Assembly: GCA_965662845.1 (NCBI GenBank)
Contig: CBFIJD010000005.1
Span: forward strand, 61,087-125,086
Direction of reading: 5' to 3'
DNA: 64,000 nt
Source of the DNA: an uncultured bacterium
GTDB lineage: Bacteria; SAR324; NAC60-12
Of the stretch, positions 37,376 through 47,806 are shown in pieces. The translations under genes and the position numbers were made by a program. The notes beneath the pieces are model-generated. The model ran no database searches, was not told the DNA's origin, and worked only from the letters and a program-made list of their open reading frames with translations. Within the stretch, counting starts at the first letter, position 1. Every line of letters begins with the position of its first letter.

Positions 37376-39172
37376 ATGCTCATAAGTTGTCAGGGACTTC
37401 ACAAGTCCTACGGCGTCCACGCGCTGTTCTCGGGTTTGTCGGTTGGCTTTGCGGAAGGCGAGCGGGTTGGGCTGATTGGTCCTAACGGCTCGGGAAAATC
37501 CACACTCCTCAAGATTTTGGCAGGGCTTGAAGAACCAGATGAAGGAACGGTCTCGCGAAACCGAATGGTAGAGACAGCGTACCTCGCGCAAGAAGATGAC
37601 CTCGCTCCTGAGAGCAGCGCCGAAGAGTGTCTCGCGCAGAGCTTGCCGGCTCACTTGCCCGAAGGCGAACAGCAACAGCGTGTCCGAGACGTACTCCGCG
37701 AGCTGGAGTTTGCAGACCCCAGCGCTCAGGTCAAGCAGCTCTCCGGCGGTTGGAAGAAGCGCCTCGCGATCGGGCGCGTGCTCGTGCAGCGTCCCAATCT
37801 GTTGCTGCTGGATGAGCCGACCAACCATCTTGACCTAGAAGGCGTGCTCTGGCTTGAGAACTTGCTGCAGCAAGCCGAGTTCTCCTTTGTGCTGGTCAGC
37901 CACGATCGAACGTTTTTGCAGAACACCACGCGCCAAACCCTTGAGATCAACAAAAGCTATCCCAGCGGATTCTTGAAAATCGCAGAGCCGTACGACCAGT
38001 TCTTAGAGAAGAAAGAAGCGTTTCTACTGAACCAGCAACAACAAGAAGTGACGCTCGCCAATAAAGTCCGCCGCGAAGAAGAGTGGCTCCGCAGAGGCCC
38101 AAAGGCCCGCACCAGCAAGGCCCGCTACCGGATTGAAAATGCGGCCGCGTTACAGCAAAAGTTACAGTTACTCCGCAACCTCAACTCACAAGCGCAGGCG
38201 ACAGCGATTGACTTCGATGCCACCGACCGCAAGACCAAGAAACTCATTGACGTGCGCGACATCTCGTTTGGTTACAGTGACAACCCACCGATTTTTCAGA
38301 ACCTGAGCCTACAGCTCAGCAAAGGGACGTGCGTGGGAGTCTTGGGGCGAAACGGAGCTGGCAAGAGCACGCTGCTCAAGCTGCTCAAGCATGAGCTCCG
38401 TCCCACTACGGGAGAGGTCGTGACGGCTGACGCGCTGAAGGTCGTGCATTTTGACCAGCACCGCGAACAGCTGCCGCTGAACATCACCCTCAAACAAGCG
38501 CTCTCACCAGCAGGCGAAACGGTTATTTTTCAAGGTCGCTCGATGCACATCGCCTCGTGGGCACAGCGATTTTTGTTTCCAAAAAACAAGCTCACGCTAC
38601 CGCTCTCACAACTCTCAGGAGGTGAACGAGCGCGCGTGTTGATCGCTAACTTGATGCTGCAGCCAGCCGATGTCCTGCTGCTCGACGAACCCACAAACGA
38701 CCTCGACATCGCGACGCTCGAAGTGTTGGAAGAGAGCCTCGCAGAGTTCCCGGGCGCCGTGTTGTTGATTACCCACGATCGCTACTTGATGGATCGGCTC
38801 AGCGATTGGCTCTTGTGCCTGAACGGTGATGGAACCGTGGGCTTCTTTGCCGACTATGCTCAGTGGCGACAGGCACACCAACAGAAAACCAAGCGCACCG
38901 ACGAGACACCTCCCAAAGCCGACAAGGCCGAGACCAAGCCCGCGAGCAAAAAACTTTCGTATGAAGAACGAAAAGAGTGGCAGCGCATCGAAGGACGCAT
39001 TGAGAAAGCCGAAGCCGAGGTCGAAAAAATTCAAGCGCAGCTGCACGATCCTGCCTTGGTTAATGACCACCAGAAACTTCGAGAACTCACACCAAAGCTA
39101 GAAACCGCTGAGGCAAAGGTCGCGGAGCTGTACGCTCGTTGGGAGGTGCTAGAGGCAAAAGCAGCAGAGTGA
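37376..39172 (+). CDS. uup: ABC-F family ATPase (Uup-like)
   Basis: Two ABC domains (GPNGSGKST, LSGG, DEPTNHLD; DEPTNDLD), WLRRGPKAR linker and KLSY.E..E C-terminal domain; no TM helices. Confidence 0.9.
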   Translation: MLISCQGLHKSYGVHALFSGLSVGFAEGERVGLIGPNGSGKSTLLKILAGLEEPDEGTVSRNRMVETAYLAQEDDLAPESSAEECLAQSLPAHLPEGEQQQRVRDVLRELEFADPSAQVKQLSGGWKKRLAIGRVLVQRPNLLLLDEPTNHLDLEGVLWLENLLQQAEFSFVLVSHDRTFLQNTTRQTLEINKSYPSGFLKIAEPYDQFLEKKEAFLLNQQQQEVTLANKVRREEEWLRRGPKARTSKARYRIENAAALQQKLQLLRNLNSQAQATAIDFDATDRKTKKLIDVRDISFGYSDNPPIFQNLSLQLSKGTCVGVLGRNGAGKSTLLKLLKHELRPTTGEVVTADALKVVHFDQHREQLPLNITLKQALSPAGETVIFQGRSMHIASWAQRFLFPKNKLTLPLSQLSGGERARVLIANLMLQPADVLLLDEPTNDLDIATLEVLEESLAEFPGAVLLITHDRYLMDRLSDWLLCLNGDGTVGFFADYAQWRQAHQQKTKRTDETPPKADKAETKPASKKLSYEERKEWQRIEGRIEKAEAEVEKIQAQLHDPALVNDHQKLRELTPKLETAEAKVAELYARWEVLEAKAAE

Positions 39173-39174
39173 CC

Positions 39175-39353
39175 CCCCGTCTCAAAAGCCACTCGCTCCA
39201 TGACCAAGCTGTCTATGGTCTTCAGAAAGTCACTGTAACCGTAATCTTCCCGGTCATCTGTCACTTCTGAAGCGCTCTCTAGCTCGGCAAGGTTTCCATT
39301 TCCCGCGCAAGAAAACGGTCCAAACTCTCCGCGATAAATACTGAAATTTGCAT
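39175..39353 (-). pseudogene. Frameshifted, truncated DHFR / RibD C-terminal-domain family remnant
   Basis: GGAGG RBS and MQISVFIAESLDRFLARE; then, after one missing base near 39300, NGNLAEL...EDYGYSDFLKTIDSLVMERVAFET. Matches the family pattern IA.SLDG.IA..G...DYG...F...D..VMGR.TFE. Confidence 0.75.
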
Positions 39354-39465
39354 GTCCCTCCGTGCTACCTGTGCATCGGTCTTGCTCTTGAGGAGCGCTT
39401 GACACCACCGCTGGTATGCGTGACGCTGTTGTCACACTTTCACACCAGCCAACCATCCCGTCATC

Positions 39466-42400
39466 ATGCTCGCCGAACTTGAACCTCGCCTCTCTGAGAT
39501 GATGCTGCGCGATCGCTTTCGCCTGCGGAAGCAGTGGCAGCGACTCCACCGACTACAGCGTGCGAACCAGCTCTCCGATGAGGAGGTGCTCCGTTTAGCT
39601 GAAAAGATCGAGCGCTCATGTCAGCTCCGCACAGAGCGAGCCGCGCTACACCGCATCCCTGACTATCCACAGGGCCTCCCGATTGTGGAGCGACGAGCCG
39701 AGATTGTGCAGGCCATCCAGGATCACCCCGTATTAGTCATCGCCGGAGAAACCGGTTCGGGCAAAACAACGCAGCTGCCGAAAATGTGCCTCGAGGCGGG
39801 CTTTGGCAGCGCAGGCAAAATTGGCTGCACCCAACCCCGCCGCGTCGCTGCAACCTCCATTGCGCGTCAGCTCGCCAAAGAGTTGCAGTGTCACCTTGGC
39901 GATGAGGTGGGTTACAAAATTCGCTTCGCAGACAAGACCTCCTCCAAAACGCTGATTCAGTTCATGACCGACGGAACGCTGCTCGCCGAGACGCAGTCGG
40001 ATCGGTTCCTCGAAAACTACGAAGTCCTCATCATTGACGAGGCCCACGAGCGCTCGCTGAACATCGACTTTTTGCTCGGCACCATTCGTAAGTTACAGCC
40101 GAAGCGCCCCGACCTGAAGCTCCTGATTACCTCGGCGAGTATTGACACACAGCGCTTCTCAGAAGCTTTCGACAACGCCCCCATCATCGAGGTCTCGGGG
40201 CGTACGTTCCCTGTGGAGATTGAATATCGCCCACTAGATGATGAACAAGAAGAGACGGGAGACTTCACTGTGGAAGACGCGATGGTCGCGACGATTCGGG
40301 AGCTGCTGCAAAGCTCGCGGGACGGAGACCTCTTGGCGTTCCTGCCAGGAGAAGGCGAAATTCGCGAGGTCGTGCAACGCCTCAGCGACGAGGCGACACA
40401 GCCGGAGGTGCTGCCGCTGTTCGGGCGGCTCACGCAGAGTGAGCAACAGCGCATCTTTCAGCCAAGTGGCCGGCGCAAAGTGATCGTGGCGACCAATCTT
40501 GCGGAGACCTCGCTGACGATCCCCGGCATTCGTTATGTCATTGACTCCGGGCTGGCGCGCGTTAGCCGCTACAGCGCCAAGAACCGAGTGCAGCGTCTGC
40601 CTGTGGAGCCCATCGCGCAAAGTTCAGCGCTACAACGCGCCGGACGCGCTGGGCGTTTAGAGCATGGCGTCTGTATCCGGCTCTATTCAGAAGAGTCGTT
40701 TGCCGCGCGGCGAGCCTATGCCGAACCCGAGCTGCTGCGTTCAAACCTCGCGGGCGTCATCCTGCAAATGCTAGCGCTGCGGTTGGGAAACATCCGCGAG
40801 TTTCCCTTCATTGATCCACCGGGGGCGCAGGCCATTCGGGAAGGAGAGAAGCTGCTGCGAGAACTCGGCGCGGTGGATGACAACCTTAACCTCACGCGGC
40901 TAGGCAAGGAGATGGCGACCCTGCCGATCGAGCCACAAACCGCGCGCATGCTCCTTCAGGCGCATCGAGAGAGGGTGCTGCCAGAGATGCTGGTCATTGC
41001 GTCGGGGCTCTCGATCCAAGACCCTCGGGAGATCCCCAGCGAAGAGAAAGAGAAAGCGCGGCAGATGCACAGCGCGTTCATCAGTCGGGAGTCGGACTAT
41101 GTGACGCTGTTGAACATCTGGAACGCCTACCACACGCGCTGGGATGAGCTGCGCACCGAGAACAAGATGCGGAAGTTCTGCAAGCAGCACTTCCTCTCGT
41201 TTGTACGGATGCGTGAGTGGCGCGACATCCACCAGCAGCTCACGTCGATTCTGCGAGATTCAGGCAAGTATGACGTGGATCGCGAGACCATTCTGCGCAC
41301 GACACAAACGGTGGAAGCTCCAGAGGTCGCCGCAGAACCCGCCTTTCGCTTGAACCGTCCCCAAGCCGAAAAAGAGCAATCGACCTCAGCCTATGAATCT
41401 TCTCTGGACTACGGAGCGATTCACCGCGCTCTGCTGAGCGGCTACCTGAACTGCATCGCTGAACAAAAAGAGAAGAAGGTCTACAAGGCAGCAGGTGGAA
41501 AAGAGGTGACGATCTTCCCTGGATCGGGTCTGGCGAAACGCTCTGGCAAATGGATTCTGGCCGGTGAGCAAGTCGAGACCTCAAAATTGTACGCTCGCAA
41601 AGTGGCGAATATTCAACCGGAGTGGCTGGAAAAAATCGGGGGCGCGCTGTGCAAGCGGCATTACTCAGAAGCTCGCTTTGATCCAGAGAGTGGCATTGTG
41701 CAAGCGCAGGAGCGGGTGACGCTGTATGGCATGACGATTGTCCCGAAGCGTCGCGTCAGCTATGGCAACGTCAACCCTGCCGAAGCGACGGCGATCTTTA
41801 TTCGCGAAGCGCTGGTGGAAGAGCAGCTGCGCCAGCACTATCCCTTCTACCAACACAACAAGCGGCTGCGGCGCGAGGTCGTCAGCAAGGGCGCCAAGCT
41901 GCGCAAAGACTTCTCAGAAGAAGTCGAAGCCATGCTCGAAGCTTACTATCAAGAGCGGCTATACAACGTAGCTTCACACCACGACCTGAACCGCTTGCTC
42001 AAGCACAAACGCGCGCATCATGAGCCGGATTTCCTCTTCCTCACAGAGGAGGATGTGACGCCCACAGACCTAGAAGTGCCGCCTTCCGCGCTGTATCCCG
42101 ACTATTGGGAGATTGGTGATTTGAAGATGCCGCTGCGCTATGTGTTTGCGCCGACCAAAGAGAATGACGGTGTCACCTTACAGTTACAGGACGCTTCGAT
42201 TCCGCACTTGCACGCGCACGCTCTGGACTGGCTGGTGCCGGGCTTGTGGGCCGAGAAGATTCAGTGTTTGTTGCGCGCGCTGCCCAAGTCTCTGCGCAAG
42301 CAGTTCGTGCCGCTTCCCGAGACGTCTCAACAACTCGCCGCGGAGCTGCGTGCCTGTGACGACGACTTCTTGACGGCGCTCAGTCGTTTGATCGAGCAAC

Positions 42401-43506
42401 GATTTCATGTGCGCATCGCACCGCGCGAGTGGAGGACCGAGGCGATTCCTGAGCACCTGCAAATGCGGGTGGAAGTGCGAGATCACAAGCGCCAGCTCGT
42501 GGCCAAAGGCCGCAACGTGGAAGAGGTCGTGAACCAACGCAAACAAGCACTGAAGAGCCAGCAAAGCGACAAGGAGTTTCGGGAGGATTTGAGTTCGTGG
42601 CGCGAGGCGTTGCGCTATTGGGAAATTGACAATCTGCAAGATTGGACCTTTGAGACGCTGCCTCCCCGCGTGGAGATTGAAGTCAACCATGGCATTCCGC
42701 TGTATGCCTATCCTGGGCTGCTGTTGCGTGAGGATGGCAGCATCCGACGGACGTTGTTTCATACGCGAGATGAGGCGCTGCGCAAAACCCAGCCCGCAAT
42801 GCAGAAGCTGATGGCCTTAGCGGCAGGTCCCGATGTGGTGTGGCTGGAAGAAGATTTGTATCAGCTGGAAGAACTGCGCGAGGAGTATCGTCGCTTTGGC
42901 ACGATGAGCGAGCTGAAGCGTGATTCACGCACCGCGCTCTATGCGTTTTTGTTTGAGTTTGAGTGGATCGAAAATCGCGAGGCGTTTCAGAAGCACATCG
43001 AGCTGGCACGACATCGCCTGCCAAAAGCGCTCCCTCGCTATCTCGAACAGCTGCGCGCCTTGTTGCAGGCCGACTTGAAAACCCAGCGTGTCATCCAGCA
43101 AGCGAGCCGCGCTCTTGCGCAAGAGCGCATCAAAGAACTGCAGCAACACCTGCGCGTCTTGGTGCCCCAAGACTTTGTGAAGACGGTTCCCTATGCGCGT
43201 TGGCCCCATTTGCAGCGCTATCTGAAAGCCTTGCGTGTCCGCGCAGAGCGCCTAGAGAACAATCCGCAGAAGGATGAGGAGAAGCGCGCTCAACTTGAGC
43301 CGTGGCTGCATACCTATCAGCAGATCGCGACCTTTGAACTAGATTGGACGCAGCAACAAAAGCTCGAAGAGCTGTATTGGATGCTCGAAGAGCTCCGCGT
43401 CTCGTTGTTCGCGCCGGAGCTGAAGACCTCAATGCCGATTTCCCCGAAGCGGTTGCAGCGTTTCATCGAGAGTCACTTCCCAGACGCGACGCTCGTGGTG
43501 GCCTGA
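39466..43506 (+). CDS. hrpA: ATP-dependent RNA helicase HrpA
   Basis: GETGSGKTTQLPK, DEAHERS, QRAGRAGR and C-terminal WMLEELRVSLFA. Confidence 0.95.
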   Translation: MLAELEPRLSEMMLRDRFRLRKQWQRLHRLQRANQLSDEEVLRLAEKIERSCQLRTERAALHRIPDYPQGLPIVERRAEIVQAIQDHPVLVIAGETGSGKTTQLPKMCLEAGFGSAGKIGCTQPRRVAATSIARQLAKELQCHLGDEVGYKIRFADKTSSKTLIQFMTDGTLLAETQSDRFLENYEVLIIDEAHERSLNIDFLLGTIRKLQPKRPDLKLLITSASIDTQRFSEAFDNAPIIEVSGRTFPVEIEYRPLDDEQEETGDFTVEDAMVATIRELLQSSRDGDLLAFLPGEGEIREVVQRLSDEATQPEVLPLFGRLTQSEQQRIFQPSGRRKVIVATNLAETSLTIPGIRYVIDSGLARVSRYSAKNRVQRLPVEPIAQSSALQRAGRAGRLEHGVCIRLYSEESFAARRAYAEPELLRSNLAGVILQMLALRLGNIREFPFIDPPGAQAIREGEKLLRELGAVDDNLNLTRLGKEMATLPIEPQTARMLLQAHRERVLPEMLVIASGLSIQDPREIPSEEKEKARQMHSAFISRESDYVTLLNIWNAYHTRWDELRTENKMRKFCKQHFLSFVRMREWRDIHQQLTSILRDSGKYDVDRETILRTTQTVEAPEVAAEPAFRLNRPQAEKEQSTSAYESSLDYGAIHRALLSGYLNCIAEQKEKKVYKAAGGKEVTIFPGSGLAKRSGKWILAGEQVETSKLYARKVANIQPEWLEKIGGALCKRHYSEARFDPESGIVQAQERVTLYGMTIVPKRRVSYGNVNPAEATAIFIREALVEEQLRQHYPFYQHNKRLRREVVSKGAKLRKDFSEEVEAMLEAYYQERLYNVASHHDLNRLLKHKRAHHEPDFLFLTEEDVTPTDLEVPPSALYPDYWEIGDLKMPLRYVFAPTKENDGVTLQLQDASIPHLHAHALDWLVPGLWAEKIQCLLRALPKSLRKQFVPLPETSQQLAAELRACDDDFLTALSRLIEQRFHVRIAPREWRTEAIPEHLQMRVEVRDHKRQLVAKGRNVEEVVNQRKQALKSQQSDKEFREDLSSWREALRYWEIDNLQDWTFETLPPRVEIEVNHGIPLYAYPGLLLREDGSIRRTLFHTRDEALRKTQPAMQKLMALAAGPDVVWLEEDLYQLEELREEYRRFGTMSELKRDSRTALYAFLFEFEWIENREAFQKHIELARHRLPKALPRYLEQLRALLQADLKTQRVIQQASRALAQERIKELQQHLRVLVPQDFVKTVPYARWPHLQRYLKALRVRAERLENNPQKDEEKRAQLEPWLHTYQQIATFELDWTQQQKLEELYWMLEELRVSLFAPELKTSMPISPKRLQRFIESHFPDATLVVA

Positions 43507-43511
43507 GGCAC

Positions 43512-43817
43512 TTAGAGCTGTTTGTCGTACTTCTTCAGGCGCTCGGCAAACCCACCGCTGTGATGCGCGCATCCGGAGCTGCCATGCGCGTGCTTTGTGC
43601 TGCTAGCGTTGAGACCGTGAGCGAGAGAGGTGGCCTGCGTTGCCGCGAGTGCTCCCAGCTCGCTGCCGCCTACCAAAGACGTGGCAAAACCAGAGACGAG
43701 GCGCCGCCACTGGACTTGACCACACTGGGCGCAAGGTTCAGTGGCCGCTTCGTGTCTGCTGTGGAGCTGTTCGCTGTGGGTGCCGCAAGAGCCGCATTCA
43801 TATTCATAAAGGGGCAT
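43512..43817 (-). CDS. FmdB-family zinc ribbon protein
   Basis: MPLYEYECGSCG...CAQCG...RLVS. Confidence 0.85.
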   Translation of the reverse strand: MPLYEYECGSCGTHSEQLHSRHEAATEPCAQCGQVQWRRLVSGFATSLVGGSELGALAATQATSLAHGLNASSTKHAHGSSGCAHHSGGFAERLKKYDKQL

Positions 43818-43988
43818 ATCTCGAACTCATTGGGGTTAGGTTCTTCACAAATCCGCTTGTACTTTCCAAGGCGAGTCGCCAAATTTTGACATCTTTGTGT
43901 CACTGGATTCACTTCTCTTCAGAAGCCCATCCCTGCGTTCAGCTTTCTTCCCATCTCCACAAATTTCCACTTTTATCGCGGGACTTGT

Positions 43989-45497
43989 ATGCAATCTTCC
44001 AAATCTCAGGTTTGGGGCGGTCACCTCAGCCAGCAGCCTGCCGAGGCCAATGTTTTGTTTTGTGCCGGACGCGACGTACAGACCGTGCCAATGGCGGATG
44101 TTGCCTTGTTGCCGTATGACATCTGGACCAATCGCGCGCACGCGATCATGTGGTACGAAGCGGAAGTTCTGCCCAAAGAGACGCTCCGGCGCATTCTGGA
44201 AGGGTTGCAGCAGCTGGAAGAAGCGGTAGAGGCGGGCCAATTTGTGCTCGATCCACAGAGAGAAGATGTACACATCAACGTCGAAGCATTTGTGACCGAA
44301 CGACAAGGCGCCGAGGTCGGTGGTTGGATGCACATCGGGCGCAGCCGCAACGATCAAGCTGCTTGCGACACCCGCCTCTACTTGCGCGACGCGTTGCTGC
44401 GGCTGGGGACAAACATTCAGCAGCTTGCCGCCAAAATTCTCTCCCATGCAGAGCTGCACACCGAGTCTGTGATGCCTGGGTTCACACACTATCAGCCAGG
44501 GATGATCACCACGTGGGGGCACTGGCTCTGCTCGTATGCGCAGGCGCTGCTACGGGATTTAGAGCGAGTGGTCTTTGCGCTGGGGTTGGTGGACCGCAAT
44601 CCGCTAGGAGCCGCCGCCGCGTTTGGAACCTCATGGAGCCCGAACCGCGAACGCACCACCAAACTGCTGGGGTTTGATGCGCTGGAGCGCAACTCGTTGG
44701 ATTGCATTACGGCACGCAGCGAGCTGGAAGCGCAGGTCGCGCAAGTGTACTCCGCGTTGATGAACCACTGCAGCCTGATTGCGCAGGATCTGATCTTTCT
44801 GAGCCATCCCTATGTGGCCATGCTGGGCATCAACGACGCTTTTGTGACGGGATCGTCCATCATGCCCCAAAAGAAAAACCCCGATTTTGCGGAAGTCATC
44901 AAAGGCAAAACCGCAGTCGTCCATGGGGCGTTGCAAGCGTTACTGAGCGTGCCCAAGGGAATGATCAGCGGATACAATCGAGACAGTCAGGTGAGCAAAT
45001 ATTTGGTGATGGATGTGATTCGTGAGTGCGAGGGGGCTCCTGAGATTTTGTCAGGGGTGTTTTCTTCGCTCGAGGTGTTCACAGACAAAATGCGGGCGCG
45101 CTGCAGCGAAGGCTTCATGAACGCAGTCGATGTGGCAGACATGCTCGCGCGCGAGCACCAGATCCCTTTTCGGCAGGGCTATCACATCGTCGCGAGAGCG
45201 GTAAAACATGCAGCGCCAGCTACGTTGATCACACAAGATGCTCTGCAAAAAGCGCTTGACGAAGAGGAGCTGTCGCTCGTGCTCTCGGCAGAGGTCTTCC
45301 GCCGACTGCAAGCCCCGCTCTTGCTGGTGAGTCAGCGCAAGCACGTGGGAGGGCCCGCGCCAGCACAAGTCCAACAGCACATCCGCGCGATGAGCAGCGA
45401 GCTGAGTCAGCAGCGACAATTTCTGCAAAATCGTCAGAAGCGCATACAAGCGGCGGCCAACGCTTGCCGCGAGTATCGAGAGCGCTTGCCAGACTAA
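43989..45497 (+). CDS. argH: Argininosuccinate lyase
   Basis: EDVH, GRSRNDQ, MPGFTHYQ, GSSIMPQKKNPD and YNRD.Q. Confidence 0.95.
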   Translation: MQSSKSQVWGGHLSQQPAEANVLFCAGRDVQTVPMADVALLPYDIWTNRAHAIMWYEAEVLPKETLRRILEGLQQLEEAVEAGQFVLDPQREDVHINVEAFVTERQGAEVGGWMHIGRSRNDQAACDTRLYLRDALLRLGTNIQQLAAKILSHAELHTESVMPGFTHYQPGMITTWGHWLCSYAQALLRDLERVVFALGLVDRNPLGAAAAFGTSWSPNRERTTKLLGFDALERNSLDCITARSELEAQVAQVYSALMNHCSLIAQDLIFLSHPYVAMLGINDAFVTGSSIMPQKKNPDFAEVIKGKTAVVHGALQALLSVPKGMISGYNRDSQVSKYLVMDVIRECEGAPEILSGVFSSLEVFTDKMRARCSEGFMNAVDVADMLAREHQIPFRQGYHIVARAVKHAAPATLITQDALQKALDEEELSLVLSAEVFRRLQAPLLLVSQRKHVGGPAPAQVQQHIRAMSSELSQQRQFLQNRQKRIQAAANACREYRERLPD

Positions 45498-46658
45498 CTA
45501 GCCGCGATAAAACTCGGTGATACACTCCACAACATACTCCTGCATCTCAGCAGTCAGCCCAGGATAGATAGGCACCGCCACCACGCTACGTGCCGCTTGG
45601 GCAGACTCGGGCAAGTCTTCTGCCCGATATCCCAACTCATGAAAACATTCTTGCGCGTGGAAAGGCACCGGATAGTAGATCTCGGTAGCGACTTCCTTTT
45701 CTTGCAAGAACTGGCGTAGCTCTTCGCGTCGCTCGACCCGTAATGTGTACTGGTTGTAGATGTGATGATTCTTCAGCTCGTCTTGCGCATAAATGGCCTG
45801 AGGCAAGATCACCTCTTCCAACTGAGCAGCGGCGAACAGCTGATCGTAGCGCGCTGCGTTCTGGCGTCGTTGTTCGTGCCATGACTCTAAGCGAGTGAGC
45901 TTGATGGAGAGCACGCAAGCTTGGATTGGATCCAAGCGGAAGTTGCCCCCGATGACTTTGTGGTAATACTTAGGCGCTGCGCCGTGCACGCGTTGAATGT
46001 GCATCATCTGGTGCAACGCGTCGTCATTTGTAGTAACAACGCCCCCGTCCCCAACGCCCCCCAAGTTTTTAGAAGGAAAAAACGAGAAACAACCGACGTG
46101 TCCTATCGCGCCGGCTCGTTTGGCTTCTCCTTGAAATCGATATTCTGCGCCAATGGCTTGTGCGGCGTCTTCCACAACCGGAATCTGATAGCGGTTGGCG
46201 ATGCGCATGATCTCGTTCATGTCGGCACATTGCCCAAAAAGATGCACTGCGATGATCGCTTTGACTTGCGCGCGATCGCTCTCGTTCATGCCGTCAAGAC
46301 AGGCCTCCAGCGCTTGGGGGCTGAGGTTGTAGGTGACAGGGTCGATGTCCAAAAATACGGGCTCTGCGTTCAAGCGCGAAACCACACCAGCCGTCGCAAA
46401 AAACGAGAAATCAGGCACCAGAACTTTGTCGTTAGGGCCAATGTTTAAGGCCATCAGCGCGAGCAACAGAGCGTCGGTTCCCGACGAAACGCCGAGCGCA
46501 TGCGGAGTCCCACAATAGTTTGCGATGGCGGCTTCGAGTTTGTCGATCTCTGGCCCCATGATGTAGCGGGTGGAGTCAATCACTTCGGTGACGGCGGCCA
46601 CGATTTGATCGCGCAGACCTTCGTGTTGGGGGCGGATGTCAAGCAGGGGAACGCGCAT
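45498..46658 (-). CDS. DegT/DnrJ/EryC1/StrS PLP-dependent aminotransferase
   Basis: SSGTDAL, VHLFGQ, EDAAQAIGA, SFFPSKNLG..GDGG and NFRLD. Confidence 0.93.
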   Translation of the reverse strand: MRVPLLDIRPQHEGLRDQIVAAVTEVIDSTRYIMGPEIDKLEAAIANYCGTPHALGVSSGTDALLLALMALNIGPNDKVLVPDFSFFATAGVVSRLNAEPVFLDIDPVTYNLSPQALEACLDGMNESDRAQVKAIIAVHLFGQCADMNEIMRIANRYQIPVVEDAAQAIGAEYRFQGEAKRAGAIGHVGCFSFFPSKNLGGVGDGGVVTTNDDALHQMMHIQRVHGAAPKYYHKVIGGNFRLDPIQACVLSIKLTRLESWHEQRRQNAARYDQLFAAAQLEEVILPQAIYAQDELKNHHIYNQYTLRVERREELRQFLQEKEVATEIYYPVPFHAQECFHELGYRAEDLPESAQAARSVVAVPIYPGLTAEMQEYVVECITEFYRG

Positions 46659-46794
46659 AAAGTCCTTTTGTGGGGGAAGTTGACACTGTGGAAGCGAGTC
46701 GTGAGTGTTCCGTTGGCGAATCGGGAGACCATTTTCAGGAAAATTTGGGTGGACACATTGCAGAAATGGTTCCACTCTCCGCGAGCTCTGCAGG

Positions 46795-47760
46795 CTATGC
46801 CACGAACTGCACGGTTCCAATCAGGCGCCGTGGAGAGCTAGCGTCAAATGGGTCAGGCATACCGAGGACGTTGAGCGGTTGAGACGCTCCGGCTGAGTTT
46901 TGAAAGTGATGCTGCAACGCGAATGGTCGGCGCTCTCGTAAGATGGTCTGCCAGCGAGAGCTGACGTCGTCTCTTTCGGTCGTGGGGATGCGCTCCAAAT
47001 AGGCGGAGAATAAGGCTTCCGCTTCCAGCATGGGCATCCCTAAGAGTTCATAAAAGCCGAGGGAGCCTTGCCACCCTGCCGCATCCCAACTCCAATCCGC
47101 GACACGTGTCATCTGTTGGAGCTGTCGCAGCTGCCGCAGCTCTTGTTGGAGTTCACGGAGTTCGGTCTCTTGATTTTGTGGTTCCAAGAAGATGGTCTGG
47201 CACTCTTGCGGTTCTTCGTAGTGTGGCAGGAGGAAGCTGTGCACAAGGACTTGTTTGCCGTTGCGCAGGGTCCAATTTGCCTGAACTGGAACGGCGTTCG
47301 TGAAAACTTCGTCATAGTGCCGGTTGCTTGCAGGGTGACTGCGTTGGTTCAAAAACAGCGTCAGCTGCATACGGGCAGGCGAAAAATGCGGGGCGGCGTT
47401 GGTGAGCAGCTGCCGTGCTTGATCATTGAGTTCAATCACGCGCTGTTGGCGATCGACCACTAAGCACGGCAGCGGCGAAAACTGAAACAAGCTGCGATAG
47501 CGTGAGTGTGACAGCTCCATGGCGTTGCGAGCCTCGCGCAGCTCGATGTTTTGCAAGCGCAGCTCTTCCTGATAGACCTGCAGTTCTTCGAGCAGCTCAG
47601 CGGTGTGTTCCGTCGTGTCGGAAGAGGAAAACTGCGGACGGCGCCCGAGCAGCTGTTCGTGCAGAACTTCAAGTTGTTGACGTTGGGAGTGCAGTTGCGC
47701 TTGCAGCTCGGCGTTCTCGCGTTGCAGCTGCGTCAGAGCATTTTCGGGAGTAGAGGTCAT
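46795..47760 (-). CDS. Coiled-coil plus two-PAS protein, no output domain
   Basis: ELQVYQEELRLQN.EL..RY..LF..SP linker, a PAS domain and a second W.WD-type PAS; the protein ends there. Confidence 0.75.
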   Translation of the reverse strand: MTSTPENALTQLQRENAELQAQLHSQRQQLEVLHEQLLGRRPQFSSSDTTEHTAELLEELQVYQEELRLQNIELREARNAMELSHSRYRSLFQFSPLPCLVVDRQQRVIELNDQARQLLTNAAPHFSPARMQLTLFLNQRSHPASNRHYDEVFTNAVPVQANWTLRNGKQVLVHSFLLPHYEEPQECQTIFLEPQNQETELRELQQELRQLRQLQQMTRVADWSWDAAGWQGSLGFYELLGMPMLEAEALFSAYLERIPTTERDDVSSRWQTILRERRPFALQHHFQNSAGASQPLNVLGMPDPFDASSPRRLIGTVQFVA

Positions 47761-47806
47761 GGCGTACAGAAAGATTTGAAACCATCGTGGTCGCCAGTGA
47801 CCCCAT

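Noticed and set aside
39031..39549. 172-aa minus-strand ORF as a real gene
   Set aside because: It overlaps both uup and hrpA; only its middle is meaningful, as the second frame of the DHFR-like pseudogene.
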